A stretch of DNA of 64,000 nucleotides. Origin: an uncultured Acidobacteriota bacterium. GTDB lineage: Bacteria; Acidobacteriota; Thermoanaerobaculia; Multivoradales; JAHEKO01. The stretch spans positions 1,472,001 to 1,536,000 of the forward strand of contig CAVQNG010000003.1 in the NCBI GenBank assembly GCA_963713825.1. The letters are read 5' to 3'. The notes under the pieces were generated by a model. It saw only the letters and a program-made list of their open reading frames with translations, was not told the origin of the DNA and did no database searches. Both the position numbers and the translations under genes were made by a program. Below, in pieces: positions 49,161 through 58,044 of this stretch; position 1 is the first letter of the stretch, and each line of letters begins with the position of its first letter.

Positions 49161-49490
49161 CTTGAGACGGCCGATCGGATTAGGGATCTCCCTCGTCTGC
49201 GGCCTCACGCGACCATGCCCCTCCGACGAGGGAGACCCGTGGCCCGATCTACCACCCTCAAGACACATCGAGATTCCGACTACTGACTCACCCCCTACGC
49301 CCCTATAGCCTTGACCGGTGCCAGAGGTTCGTCTGGGTGGTCCGACCTGTGGGAGACTGAAGAAGTGTTACCCATGTGGTGATACACAACCGTTACCTAT
49401 GTCCTGACACAGAACACGCAAGGGGCTCCCCTACAATGCCGACGCCGCCCCCCTGCGGGCCACCCGGACGAACCTCTACTAGTAGAGGTT
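49161..49490 (+). repeat. Composite intergenic repeat, copy 3 (module B 49162-49302; core arms 49324-49346 and 49438-49476, interior replaced)
   Basis: Module B aligns ungapped to 56554-56694 (123/141 identical by hand count); core arms match copies 1, 2 and 4. Confidence 0.9.
49361..49416 (+). mobile_element. Isolated IS481-family-like terminal remnant nested in repeat copy 3
   Basis: Two 25-bp direct repeats GTTACC(C/T)ATGT... (19/25 identical) ending in ACA; lower GC than surroundings; no transposase. Confidence 0.55.
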
Positions 49491-49543
49491 AATATGCTCA
49501 AGACCCAGGAAGAGAGGGCAGAGTCGGCCGCATTCAACCCCGA

Positions 49544-51055
49544 TCAGTCAGGAGTCGCGGCAAGCTCCAGGGACTTCGAGCCGACGGCAATGAGGTGATT
49601 GGCCGGCGCGAATCGGTCGGTCAGAAGCACCGCTGCTTCCGGGTCGAGGGCGATCTCCAGACGGCTGGCGGCAATGTGCTGCAGGGATGGGTCGAGATCG
49701 AATCGCTGTTGCAGCTCGGCGCCCAGTTGAATCATCTCCTTCTTCGGCAACGTGACTCGCGAGTCGATCGCCAGGATGAAGAGGTTCGAGGATCCGCGCA
49801 CAGCGAACGCGAAAACGGTTTCGAACCGATCGGTCAGCGTGTACAAGATGGCTTGTGGAAAGGGCTCGTTCAACCCGGCAGCGAGGTTCAGACCGAATAC
49901 TCCGCCGGGGCTGAGGTGACGCTTCACCTCGTCCAGGAACTCGACGGTGGTCAGGTGGAAGGGGATCGACATTCCAATGTAGGCGTCCGTGTAGATGTAG
50001 TCCCATTGCCGGTCGGACCGACGCAAGAACTGTCGCGCATCCTCGATATGCACTCTCGTCTTGGGATCGTCTTCGAAGAAGAAGAACCGTCTTGCGATGC
50101 GGGCCACCGCCGGGTCGATCTCGACGAAATCGATCTCGAGGTCAGGCCGTGCCGTGCGGAGGTAGCTGCCGATTCCGCCACTGCCCATGCCGATGGAGAG
50201 GAGGCTGTCGATCTCGGGATCTAGTAGCAGGGCGCCAGCGGAATAGCGCTGATAGGGCAGCGAAGTCTGACTGTCCTCCAGCGACACCGCACTGTAGAGC
50301 GTCCGGTCACCGTACAGGAATCTCTGGTCGCTCAGTTCGGTCACACGAAGAGTCTGGTAGGGGCTGACTTCGAAGTGCACCACGCCCGAAGGCAGGTCCC
50401 GGGTGGAGGTCATCGACCAGACCGCGAAGATGGCCAGGAGACCTGCGGAGACGACGTAGAACCGTTGTCCGGCGGCGGCCCCTGCCAGGCCGAGGATCGC
50501 TACCAGGGCCGTTGCCAGCAGAAGAAGGCTCAGAATCTGATGAACCTCCAAACGGGGGATCAGCACGAAGGTACAAAGCAGGGTTCCGACCAGGCTGCCC
50601 GCGGTGGAGACCGCGTAGAGGCGACCGGCGGTATTGCCGACCTCGCTGAGATCGCGGGCGGCGAGTCGCACGACAAACGGAGAGACAGTTGCCAGCAGGA
50701 CGCTGGGTGGCCCGAAGAGGATCGTTGTCGCCAAGAGGGTACCACTCGGTGATCCATGGGTCATCGAGCCGATGGCACGGACGATCGGTTCACCGCTGAG
50801 GATCAGGCCGGCCTGGAACAGCGCCGCTAACGAGATCAGGCGCGCCAGGGTCGAGATCTCCGGATTTCGATCCGCCAGGCGGCCTCCCAGGTAGTAGCCG
50901 ATGGACAGAGCGGCCAGAAAGACGCTGATAATGGAGCCCCAGACAAAGACGCTGTTGCCGAATTCCGGGGCCAGAATGCGACTGGAGAGGATCTCCAGCG
51001 CCATGATCACTGCGCCCGTTACGGACACGACGATGTAGAAACGAAGTGCTCTCAT
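49544..51055 (-). CDS. Fused membrane (MFS-like)/spermidine synthase-like SAM-fold protein
   Basis: MALEIL.SRIL.P.FG.S..VW, G.LYA.ST.GS..G; IGMGSG, VEIDP, EDAR.FL, DAY..IPFHL.T.EF. Confidence 0.85.
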   Translation of the reverse strand: MRALRFYIVVSVTGAVIMALEILSSRILAPEFGNSVFVWGSIISVFLAALSIGYYLGGRLADRNPEISTLARLISLAALFQAGLILSGEPIVRAIGSMTHGSPSGTLLATTILFGPPSVLLATVSPFVVRLAARDLSEVGNTAGRLYAVSTAGSLVGTLLCTFVLIPRLEVHQILSLLLLATALVAILGLAGAAAGQRFYVVSAGLLAIFAVWSMTSTRDLPSGVVHFEVSPYQTLRVTELSDQRFLYGDRTLYSAVSLEDSQTSLPYQRYSAGALLLDPEIDSLLSIGMGSGGIGSYLRTARPDLEIDFVEIDPAVARIARRFFFFEDDPKTRVHIEDARQFLRRSDRQWDYIYTDAYIGMSIPFHLTTVEFLDEVKRHLSPGGVFGLNLAAGLNEPFPQAILYTLTDRFETVFAFAVRGSSNLFILAIDSRVTLPKKEMIQLGAELQQRFDLDPSLQHIAASRLEIALDPEAAVLLTDRFAPANHLIAVGSKSLELAATPD

Positions 51056-51098
51056 GGTGGATCTCTCTGGCTGTCGACTCGAAAAAGCGCCGTCTGCA

Positions 51099-51971
51099 TC
51101 AGCCACGATAGACGATCCAGACGACCGCCAGCGCCCAGATCACAATATTGATCAGAAAAGGAACGTCACGGAGGATGGCCTCGGTCGGATTGCGGCCTGT
51201 CTGCTTCTGATAGATCAGATAGAGATAGCGAAAGATCCCGAACAGCACCATGGGGATGGTGTAGATCAACCGCTGTGTGTGGAATTTCTCGACTGTTTCG
51301 GGCGAGATGGAGTACATGGCGTAGGAGACCACGGTCGAGGCGGTCACCACGTTGATCATCTGATCGAGAAAGGCCGCGCTGTAGTGCGACAGAACGGGGC
51401 GCTGTCCTGAAGCGTCGCTGGCCAGCAGCATGAGCTCGTGTCGCCGCTTGGAGAAAGCCAGAAACAGTGCCACGAAGAACGTGCAGAGCAGCAGCCAGGC
51501 AGAGACCTGGACATCGATCGCCAGACCCCCTGCTATGACCCGGAGGACGAATCCGAGGCTGACCATCATGACGTCCAGGATCACCACATGCTTGAGGCCC
51601 AACGAGTAGAGTTGATTCAGAACGAGATAGGCCGTCAAGACGATCAGGAAACCGGTACCCAGGCTGACCGCGATCGCCAAAGCGCCAGCTGCGAGCGCTA
51701 TGGCCAGGACCGCGGCAAGCTGGACAGAAACCGTGCCGGCAGCGAGAGGTCGATTGCGTTTCAGTGGGTGGAGGCGATCTTCGGCCCGATCTCGGATGTC
51801 GTTGAAGACATAGACCGCACTCGAGGCGAGGCAAAAGGCCACAAAAGCCAACAGCGCGAGTTGAACGGCTTCGGAGTCCGTGAGCTTCTGGGCGAAGACC
51901 AACGGAGCCAGAACGAAGACGTTCTTTACCCAGTGAGCAGGGCGAAGCAGTAAGATCAGGGCTTTGATCAT
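51099..51971 (-). CDS. UbiA-family decaprenyl-phosphate phosphoribosyltransferase
   Basis: RP.HWVKN, Y.FND..D...DR.HP.KR.RPLA, YS..LKH..ILDV, KRRHE, FRYLY. Confidence 0.88.
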   Translation of the reverse strand: MIKALILLLRPAHWVKNVFVLAPLVFAQKLTDSEAVQLALLAFVAFCLASSAVYVFNDIRDRAEDRLHPLKRNRPLAAGTVSVQLAAVLAIALAAGALAIAVSLGTGFLIVLTAYLVLNQLYSLGLKHVVILDVMMVSLGFVLRVIAGGLAIDVQVSAWLLLCTFFVALFLAFSKRRHELMLLASDASGQRPVLSHYSAAFLDQMINVVTASTVVSYAMYSISPETVEKFHTQRLIYTIPMVLFGIFRYLYLIYQKQTGRNPTEAILRDVPFLINIVIWALAVVWIVYRG

Positions 51972-52010
51972 GCTGGATATTCTAGGGCCAAAGGGCGGGA
52001 AGATCATCGC

Positions 52011-54341
52011 ATGAAGGGCAGACAGTTTCTCCTGGCCTACGTGGCTCCGACTCTGTTGATCTTACTGTGGGCGGCCCTGCCGCTGATTCGTGGCACCCAT
52101 ACCCTCTACCTGCGCGACGTCTTGAACGCGCACCTGGAAAAGAAGCTGGTGCAGGTTACCGCGATGGAGGAGGGGTACCTACCTCTGATCGATCCGCTCC
52201 GCGATGGGGGGCAGCCCCTGCTCGGCAACCCCAACTCGGTGGCTCTCTATCCCGACAACGTCCTCTTCCTGGTGGCCTCCACATTTTGGGCGCTCAACGC
52301 TCATTTCTGGCTGCATTTGTTGCTGGCGCCTTTCACCGGCTACTGGATGGCGAGAAGTTGGGGATTTCGAAAGGAAGCAGCGTGGGCCGCGGGGGTCTGC
52401 TTTGCAGGTAGTGGCTATTTCCTGTCGACCCTGAACCTCTACAACCTGGTCGCTGGAGTGGCCCTGACGCCGGCCTTGGTAGCAGCCATGCTAGAGCTCT
52501 CCGAGCGGTCTCTGCGGGCCTCGCGACTGGTAGCGGTGGCAGGGATCTGGACACTCCTGTTGCTGAGTGGAGACCCCATGACGGCGGCGGCGGCTCTGTT
52601 TCTGGCGCTTTCGGCGGCTGTCTTTCGCTGGGGTCTTGGCGCGGTTCGCTGGTCCCTTTCCTTGGCTGCCTTGGGCTTGGGGACACTCATCGCCCTGCCG
52701 CAACTCGTGGAGTTCGTGAGGATCTTGCCCTTGAGCTTTCGAGGTCACTGGGGCTTCACCTTCCAGCAGGCCACCGTGGCCAGTTGGGACCCGGTGACCT
52801 CTGTCGAGCTGCTGGTGCCATTCTTCTTTGGCCAACCGGATCTCACCTTCTGGGGCAAGAGGTTCTACTCGAATCATCTTCCTCTTTTCATGACACTGAG
52901 CCCGGGTGTGGTGGCGCTGGCATTGATCGGTGTCAGCGGAAAGCCGCGGCAGAGGTCGGCATGGTGGGCCTGGACCATGGTGGCAACGGGTCTGTTTCTG
53001 GTCCTTGGAAAGTTCAACCCCCTCATGGGTCTGCTGTGGCAGCTGCCTGGGGCATCACTCCTCCGGTTGCCGGTGAAATTCTGGCTGCTCGTAGCAGTCG
53101 GTAGCGCAGTCCTGTGTGCCCTTGGATTCGAGCGGTTGCTGGATCGCGACCGGCGTGGGCCCCTGGATCGCTGGGTCTTGACGGGCCTGGCGCTCTTCTA
53201 CCTTGCGACCTGGCTGGTACTGACGCTGTTCTCGGGTCCGGTCAACGAGCGAATTCGAACGCTAGTGCCCGAGACCTTCTCGGATGAATTGGTCAACCAC
53301 GAGAGGGTGCGCTGGGCTGGTATCTGCCTGTTGTCTTTCCTGGCGCTGCTACTTATGGGTTTCCTCTGGCGACTAGCCGGAAAGTGGCCCGCCATGGCAG
53401 GGGCGGCGCTGCTGGTTCTGTTCTTGGTCTTCCAGTTCGTGATCCTGGGACCTGCGGTCGCGAGGGACGAAGTGACTGCTCTTGAGAAGCCTTCTCCCTT
53501 GCTGGAAGTCGTACCGGAGGGAGCCGTGGTCATGCACGGCAAGGCCGGGGGGGCGTTTGGAGAGAGCGTTGTTCCGCTCGGGGAGTATCCGGATCAGAGG
53601 ATCCTCAACCTGCAGCGGCAGACCTTCCATGAGCTCTACCCGGTGGCGGGAATCTTGAGGGGGCGGCGCTATGAATTCAGCATCTCTCCAGAGGGGCTCG
53701 ATTCCTTTCTGACGCGAGTCACGGAGTTCACCCTGCATCATCAGTCGGACCTCAACCGGGTGCGCATCCTGGCCGCATCCGGGGTGGAGTTTCTGCTGGT
53801 CGATCGCGAGTTGGATGCGGCGGCATCCCAGGAGGTGGAACTGGTGGCGAAGGAGCCGAGCACTGGTGGTGACATCTACGTCTACCGACTGATCCGCAAG
53901 GCCTCTGCCGTGCAGCTGGTTGGTAGGGTGCTACGGGCCCCACACCTGAATGCCGCACTCTCCTGGATGGTTTCGGATGACTTCGACCCCACCCGCATGA
54001 CGGTCCTGCCCGAAGGTGGTGTCGAGCTCGATGGACCGACCGGATCGGTAACGATCGTCAAGTCGGAGCCGGAAAAGCTCGAGGTGTTGACCGAGTCGGT
54101 AGCACCCGGCGCCCTGGTCGTGCAGCGCGCGTTTCTGCCTCTGTATCGGGCCACGATCGACGGGCAAGAGGCGTCCATCGTCGCCGCCAATATTCATCGG
54201 CTCGGTATCGAGGTGCCGGCGGGCTCCCACCGCGTCAGGGTGTGGATCGATCGGCGACCCTTGTGGGTCTCGAGTCTGGTGGCTCTGGCTGCGCTATTGG
54301 TCCTGATCGGACTGGCATGGAGGCTACGAAGGGCCTGTTAA
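52011..54341 (+). CDS. YfhO-family (GT-C) membrane protein
   Basis: G.LPL.DP...G.PLLGNP...YP N-terminus; many TM helices; C-terminal ATIDG......AN....IEVPAG.H.V. Confidence 0.75.
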   Translation: MKGRQFLLAYVAPTLLILLWAALPLIRGTHTLYLRDVLNAHLEKKLVQVTAMEEGYLPLIDPLRDGGQPLLGNPNSVALYPDNVLFLVASTFWALNAHFWLHLLLAPFTGYWMARSWGFRKEAAWAAGVCFAGSGYFLSTLNLYNLVAGVALTPALVAAMLELSERSLRASRLVAVAGIWTLLLLSGDPMTAAAALFLALSAAVFRWGLGAVRWSLSLAALGLGTLIALPQLVEFVRILPLSFRGHWGFTFQQATVASWDPVTSVELLVPFFFGQPDLTFWGKRFYSNHLPLFMTLSPGVVALALIGVSGKPRQRSAWWAWTMVATGLFLVLGKFNPLMGLLWQLPGASLLRLPVKFWLLVAVGSAVLCALGFERLLDRDRRGPLDRWVLTGLALFYLATWLVLTLFSGPVNERIRTLVPETFSDELVNHERVRWAGICLLSFLALLLMGFLWRLAGKWPAMAGAALLVLFLVFQFVILGPAVARDEVTALEKPSPLLEVVPEGAVVMHGKAGGAFGESVVPLGEYPDQRILNLQRQTFHELYPVAGILRGRRYEFSISPEGLDSFLTRVTEFTLHHQSDLNRVRILAASGVEFLLVDRELDAAASQEVELVAKEPSTGGDIYVYRLIRKASAVQLVGRVLRAPHLNAALSWMVSDDFDPTRMTVLPEGGVELDGPTGSVTIVKSEPEKLEVLTESVAPGALVVQRAFLPLYRATIDGQEASIVAANIHRLGIEVPAGSHRVRVWIDRRPLWVSSLVALAALLVLIGLAWRLRRAC

Positions 54342-54434
54342 GATGCCTTCGTTGGTCAAGCGGGCGGCCCGAGCCGATCGACCATTGAACTGCCGCGGTC
54401 GGTTTCCCACAGCATCCAGCGTTGAATTCCAAGC

Positions 54435-55979
54435 ATGACGCACTCGACACCACTCCGGGAGTTCAAGAAGGTCCTCGTGGCGAATCGCGGTGAGATCGCT
54501 GTGCGAGTCATTCGCGCGCTGCGCGAGGAGGGGATTGAAAGCGCTGCGATCTATTCGGATCCCGATCGGCAGGGGCTGCCGGTGCTGTTGGCCGACGAGG
54601 CTTATCGAATTGGTCCTGCGGCTTCGCGTGACAGCTACTTGCAGGGCCCTGCGATTGTCGAGTTGGCGCAGAAGATCGGCGCAGACGCCATCCATCCAGG
54701 CTACGGCTTTCTGGCTGAGAATGCCGAGTTCGCCGCTCTCTGTCAGGCAGCGGGTGTCTGCTTTATTGGACCTCCTTCAACCGCCATCGCGGCCATGGGT
54801 TCGAAGATCGAGAGCCGGCGCTTGATTACGGAGGCCGGGGTGCCAATCGTCCCTGGCGGCACGGAGGTGCTCGGGACGGTTGACGAGGCGGTGGCCTTTG
54901 CCGAAGAGATTGGCTATCCAGTCATGCTGAAGGCCTCCGCGGGAGGCGGTGGCAAGGGCATGCGATTGGTGCTCAACCCCGAGGCGCTCGAGGCCGCTTA
55001 TCGTGCTGCCCGTTCGGAGGCCGGTGCCAGCTTTGGCAACGACGCCGTCTACATGGAGAAGTACATCGAGCAGCCGCGACATGTGGAAGTGCAGATTCTC
55101 GGCGACGAGCACGGCAGAGTCGTCGCTCTCGGCGAACGAGAGTGCTCCCTCCAGCGAAGACACCAGAAGGTAGTGGAGGAATCGCCTTCGCCCGTCGTCT
55201 CGCCCGAACTGCGGCGCGAGATGTGTTCAGCGGCGGTCAAGGCAGCGCAAGCGGTTGGCTACACGAACGCCGGTACCGTCGAGTTTCTGCTGGCCCAGAC
55301 CGGTGAGTTCTACTTTCTGGAAATGAACACCCGCTTGCAGGTGGAGCATCCGATCACCGAGATGGTGACCGGCCTCGACCTGGTCCGCGCTCAGCTGGCC
55401 GTTGCACAGGGTCATCCTTTGGGAGAGGAGTTCGAGGGTCTGCAGCCGAATGGCCATGCGATCGAGGTGCGACTCTACGCGGAGGACCCCTACCATGGCT
55501 TCGTTCCTTCACCCGGCAGGATCGAGCGGCTACGTTGGCCCGAGGGGCCCGGTGTACGCAACGATGCAGGGGTCTACGAGGGCGCCGAGGTGACGATTCA
55601 CTACGACCCCTTGCTGGCCAAGCTCATCGTTTGGGGTTGCGATCGACAACAAGCGATGGACCGCCTATCCCGTGCTCTCACCGAGCTGCGAATCGAAGGG
55701 ATTCGCACCACCGCACCGCTCTTCGTGGCGCTGCTCAAAGACGCCGATTTCATCACTGGCAATCTCGACATCGGCATGCTCGATCGCAAGCTGGCAGCCG
55801 GAGAGCTGGCTCCAGAGCGGCACTCCGAGTTCGAAGACCTGGCTGTGATCGCTGCTTCCCTCGAGCATGTTGCCAGCCAGGCCCGGGCCTCTGGCTCGCC
55901 CGCCAAGCAAGGTGGCCTGAGAGGTCAGTGGCGCCAGGCTGGCCGCCGGGAGTCTCTGCGGGGTGACCCATGGAGTTGA
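54435..55979 (+). CDS. accC: Biotin carboxylase
   Basis: ANRGEIA, HPGYGFLAEN, GGGGKGM, RECSLQRRHQK, EMNTRLQVEH, YDPLLAK. Confidence 0.95.
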   Translation: MTHSTPLREFKKVLVANRGEIAVRVIRALREEGIESAAIYSDPDRQGLPVLLADEAYRIGPAASRDSYLQGPAIVELAQKIGADAIHPGYGFLAENAEFAALCQAAGVCFIGPPSTAIAAMGSKIESRRLITEAGVPIVPGGTEVLGTVDEAVAFAEEIGYPVMLKASAGGGGKGMRLVLNPEALEAAYRAARSEAGASFGNDAVYMEKYIEQPRHVEVQILGDEHGRVVALGERECSLQRRHQKVVEESPSPVVSPELRREMCSAAVKAAQAVGYTNAGTVEFLLAQTGEFYFLEMNTRLQVEHPITEMVTGLDLVRAQLAVAQGHPLGEEFEGLQPNGHAIEVRLYAEDPYHGFVPSPGRIERLRWPEGPGVRNDAGVYEGAEVTIHYDPLLAKLIVWGCDRQQAMDRLSRALTELRIEGIRTTAPLFVALLKDADFITGNLDIGMLDRKLAAGELAPERHSEFEDLAVIAASLEHVASQARASGSPAKQGGLRGQWRQAGRRESLRGDPWS

Positions 55980-56473
55980 TTGTTCTCAGCAACGGCCATG
56001 AGGTGAGGGTCGAGGTGGAGAATCACGGGTTTGGAATCGAAGTCAGGATCGGGGACCGGAAGTACCTCGTCGATTCCGTCGCCACCAACGGCGCAGTCCG
56101 CAGCCTGATCATCGAGGGTCAGCAATTCGAAGTCGCCGTTCGGAGCCACGAGGAAGGTCGCTATCAGGTCAGCCACCGTGGTTCGATCGAAGAGGTCGAA
56201 GTCCTGGATCCTCTCACCCATTTGGCCAGACAGGGCTCCGAGAGCCGCGGCCAAGAGGGCCTGGAACTGGTGACCGCCTACATGCCCGGGAGAGTCGTAG
56301 ACGTTCTCGTCAAGGAAGGCGACGTGGTCGCGATTGGTCAGGGCCTGGTGGTTCTCGAGGCCATGAAGATGGAGAACGAGATCCAGGCTGAAAGGGCCGG
56401 CGAGGTCAAGAAAGTCTTCGTCTCCGCCGGCCAGCCCGTCGAGGGCGGCGACCCGCTTTTCGAACTAGCCTGA
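55970..56473 (+). CDS. Biotin carboxyl carrier subunit
   Basis: MPG.V, EAMKMENE biotinylation motif. Confidence 0.92.
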   Translation: MELIVLSNGHEVRVEVENHGFGIEVRIGDRKYLVDSVATNGAVRSLIIEGQQFEVAVRSHEEGRYQVSHRGSIEEVEVLDPLTHLARQGSESRGQEGLELVTAYMPGRVVDVLVKEGDVVAIGQGLVVLEAMKMENEIQAERAGEVKKVFVSAGQPVEGGDPLFELA

Positions 56474-56492
56474 TCCACCCATAATCCTGGGA

Positions 56493-56970
56493 CTTGAGTC
56501 CTGGTTCCGCAGCGGCCGACGTTCCTGCGGCCGAACCTTGGGGGCTTGGGGGGTCGAGACGGCGGATCGAGCCAGGGATCTCCCCCGTCTGCGGCCTCAC
56601 CCGACCATGCCCCTCCGACGAGGGAGACCCATGGCCCGATCTACCACCTTCGAGACACCTCAATAGTCGGATTGCTGACTCACCCCCTACGCCCTCAAGC
56701 CCCTACTACCCTCACCGGTGCTAGAGGTTCGTTCGGGTGGTTCGACAGAGGGCGCCGAGTCGAGCGCGGCGCAAGGACTTTGATAGAGCACAGGAGACGG
56801 GGCGCGATGACGAGACGAGGTGTCGGCCTGCCCGTCAAAGTCTGAGTAGCCGACGCCGTCCCCCGGCGGGCCACCCGGACGGACCTCCACGCTGTGATAG
56901 TCACCTGTTCAGGACCCGGGGTCCAAGCCCCAAGGTTCGGCCGGGAGGCACGACCGGGCGCCTCAACCCT
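56493..56970 (+). repeat. Composite intergenic repeat, copy 4 (module B 56554-56694; core 56710-56889; flanking inverted module-A-like arms)
   Basis: Matches copies 1-3; inverted repeat 56528-56549 / 56923-56943. Confidence 0.92.
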
Positions 56971-57994
56971 CTTCTGATTCTTCGAGTGAGGCGAGAAGGC
57001 GCTTGGAGCTGTCGACGACTTGTTCGACACTCAAGTCACGCATGCAGCGGTGGTGGAGCAGCGGGCACCTGCGGCGGAAGCAGGGCGAGCACCAGCGGTC
57101 GGTGTAGAGCACCTGATTCCCGCGGCCTAGAGGTCGCGTTCGAGAAGGGTCCGTCGGCCCGAAGAGGGCCAAGCAAGGGACTCCAAGACTGGCCGCCAAG
57201 TGCATCGGGCCCGAGTCGTTCGTAATCAGCAAGTCGAGTTGTCCGAGGACCAAGGCGAGGTCGGCTAAGTCGAGGTCAGGTCCTACGACCGGGTGGATCT
57301 TGCCGGTCTCTTCATGGATCCGAACCGCTAACCAGAGTTCCTTGGGGCCCGCGACGATGACAATCCGCACGTCGGGTTGGACGCGTCGGAGCGCGCGCGC
57401 CGCGTTTACGAACCGTCTCCACGGCCATCGTTTGCTGGGCCCGAATTCGGCACCCGGGAAGAGACCTACGAGAGGCGCCGAGCCTGATTCCACTTGCGCC
57501 CGGGCCAGCAGGCTTCGCCCCTTGGTCCGCTGTTCGTCGGAAAGCGTCACGCGGGGCAGCCATACGCTCGGCACCGGGGCGTCCATCGCCTCGAGTAGCT
57601 CCAAATAGTCGGTTGACTGATGCCGACCCGTGAGTCGGGGTCGCTTCACCGCAGGACTCAGCAACGGCGTGCGGAAGGACCAGGAGGGGAACCGCCCGCC
57701 GTAGCCCCACCGTCGGGGGACCTTGGCTCGGTAGGCCAACCAAGCCGAGCGAAAGGAATTGGGAAGGATCACGGCCTCGTCGAACTTCCGGATACGGATC
57801 GCCTCGACCGTCTGCTCGTCTGAAGTGCTACGAGGCAAGGAGTCGCTGACGCTGGGCATCAGACTCAGAAGTGAATGCAGATGGGGACGTGCCAGGACCG
57901 AAACGCTTCTGCCGCTCGCCGCGAGTGCCTCGAAAACAGGCTGGGCAAGGACGGTGTCGCCTACCCAGTTGGGAGCGATGACCAGGGTTTTCAT
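56963..57994 (-). CDS. waaF: LPS heptosyltransferase II (GT9)
   Basis: PNWVGD, LPNSFRSA, PGAEFGPSKRWP, NDSGPMHLA, LFGPT. Confidence 0.9.
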   Translation of the reverse strand: MKTLVIAPNWVGDTVLAQPVFEALAASGRSVSVLARPHLHSLLSLMPSVSDSLPRSTSDEQTVEAIRIRKFDEAVILPNSFRSAWLAYRAKVPRRWGYGGRFPSWSFRTPLLSPAVKRPRLTGRHQSTDYLELLEAMDAPVPSVWLPRVTLSDEQRTKGRSLLARAQVESGSAPLVGLFPGAEFGPSKRWPWRRFVNAARALRRVQPDVRIVIVAGPKELWLAVRIHEETGKIHPVVGPDLDLADLALVLGQLDLLITNDSGPMHLAASLGVPCLALFGPTDPSRTRPLGRGNQVLYTDRWCSPCFRRRCPLLHHRCMRDLSVEQVVDSSKRLLASLEESEEG

Positions 57995-58044
57995 GGCGCG
58001 AGAGTCTTCTCCGGGTGCCGCAGAATAGTACAGGAGGCCGAGCG

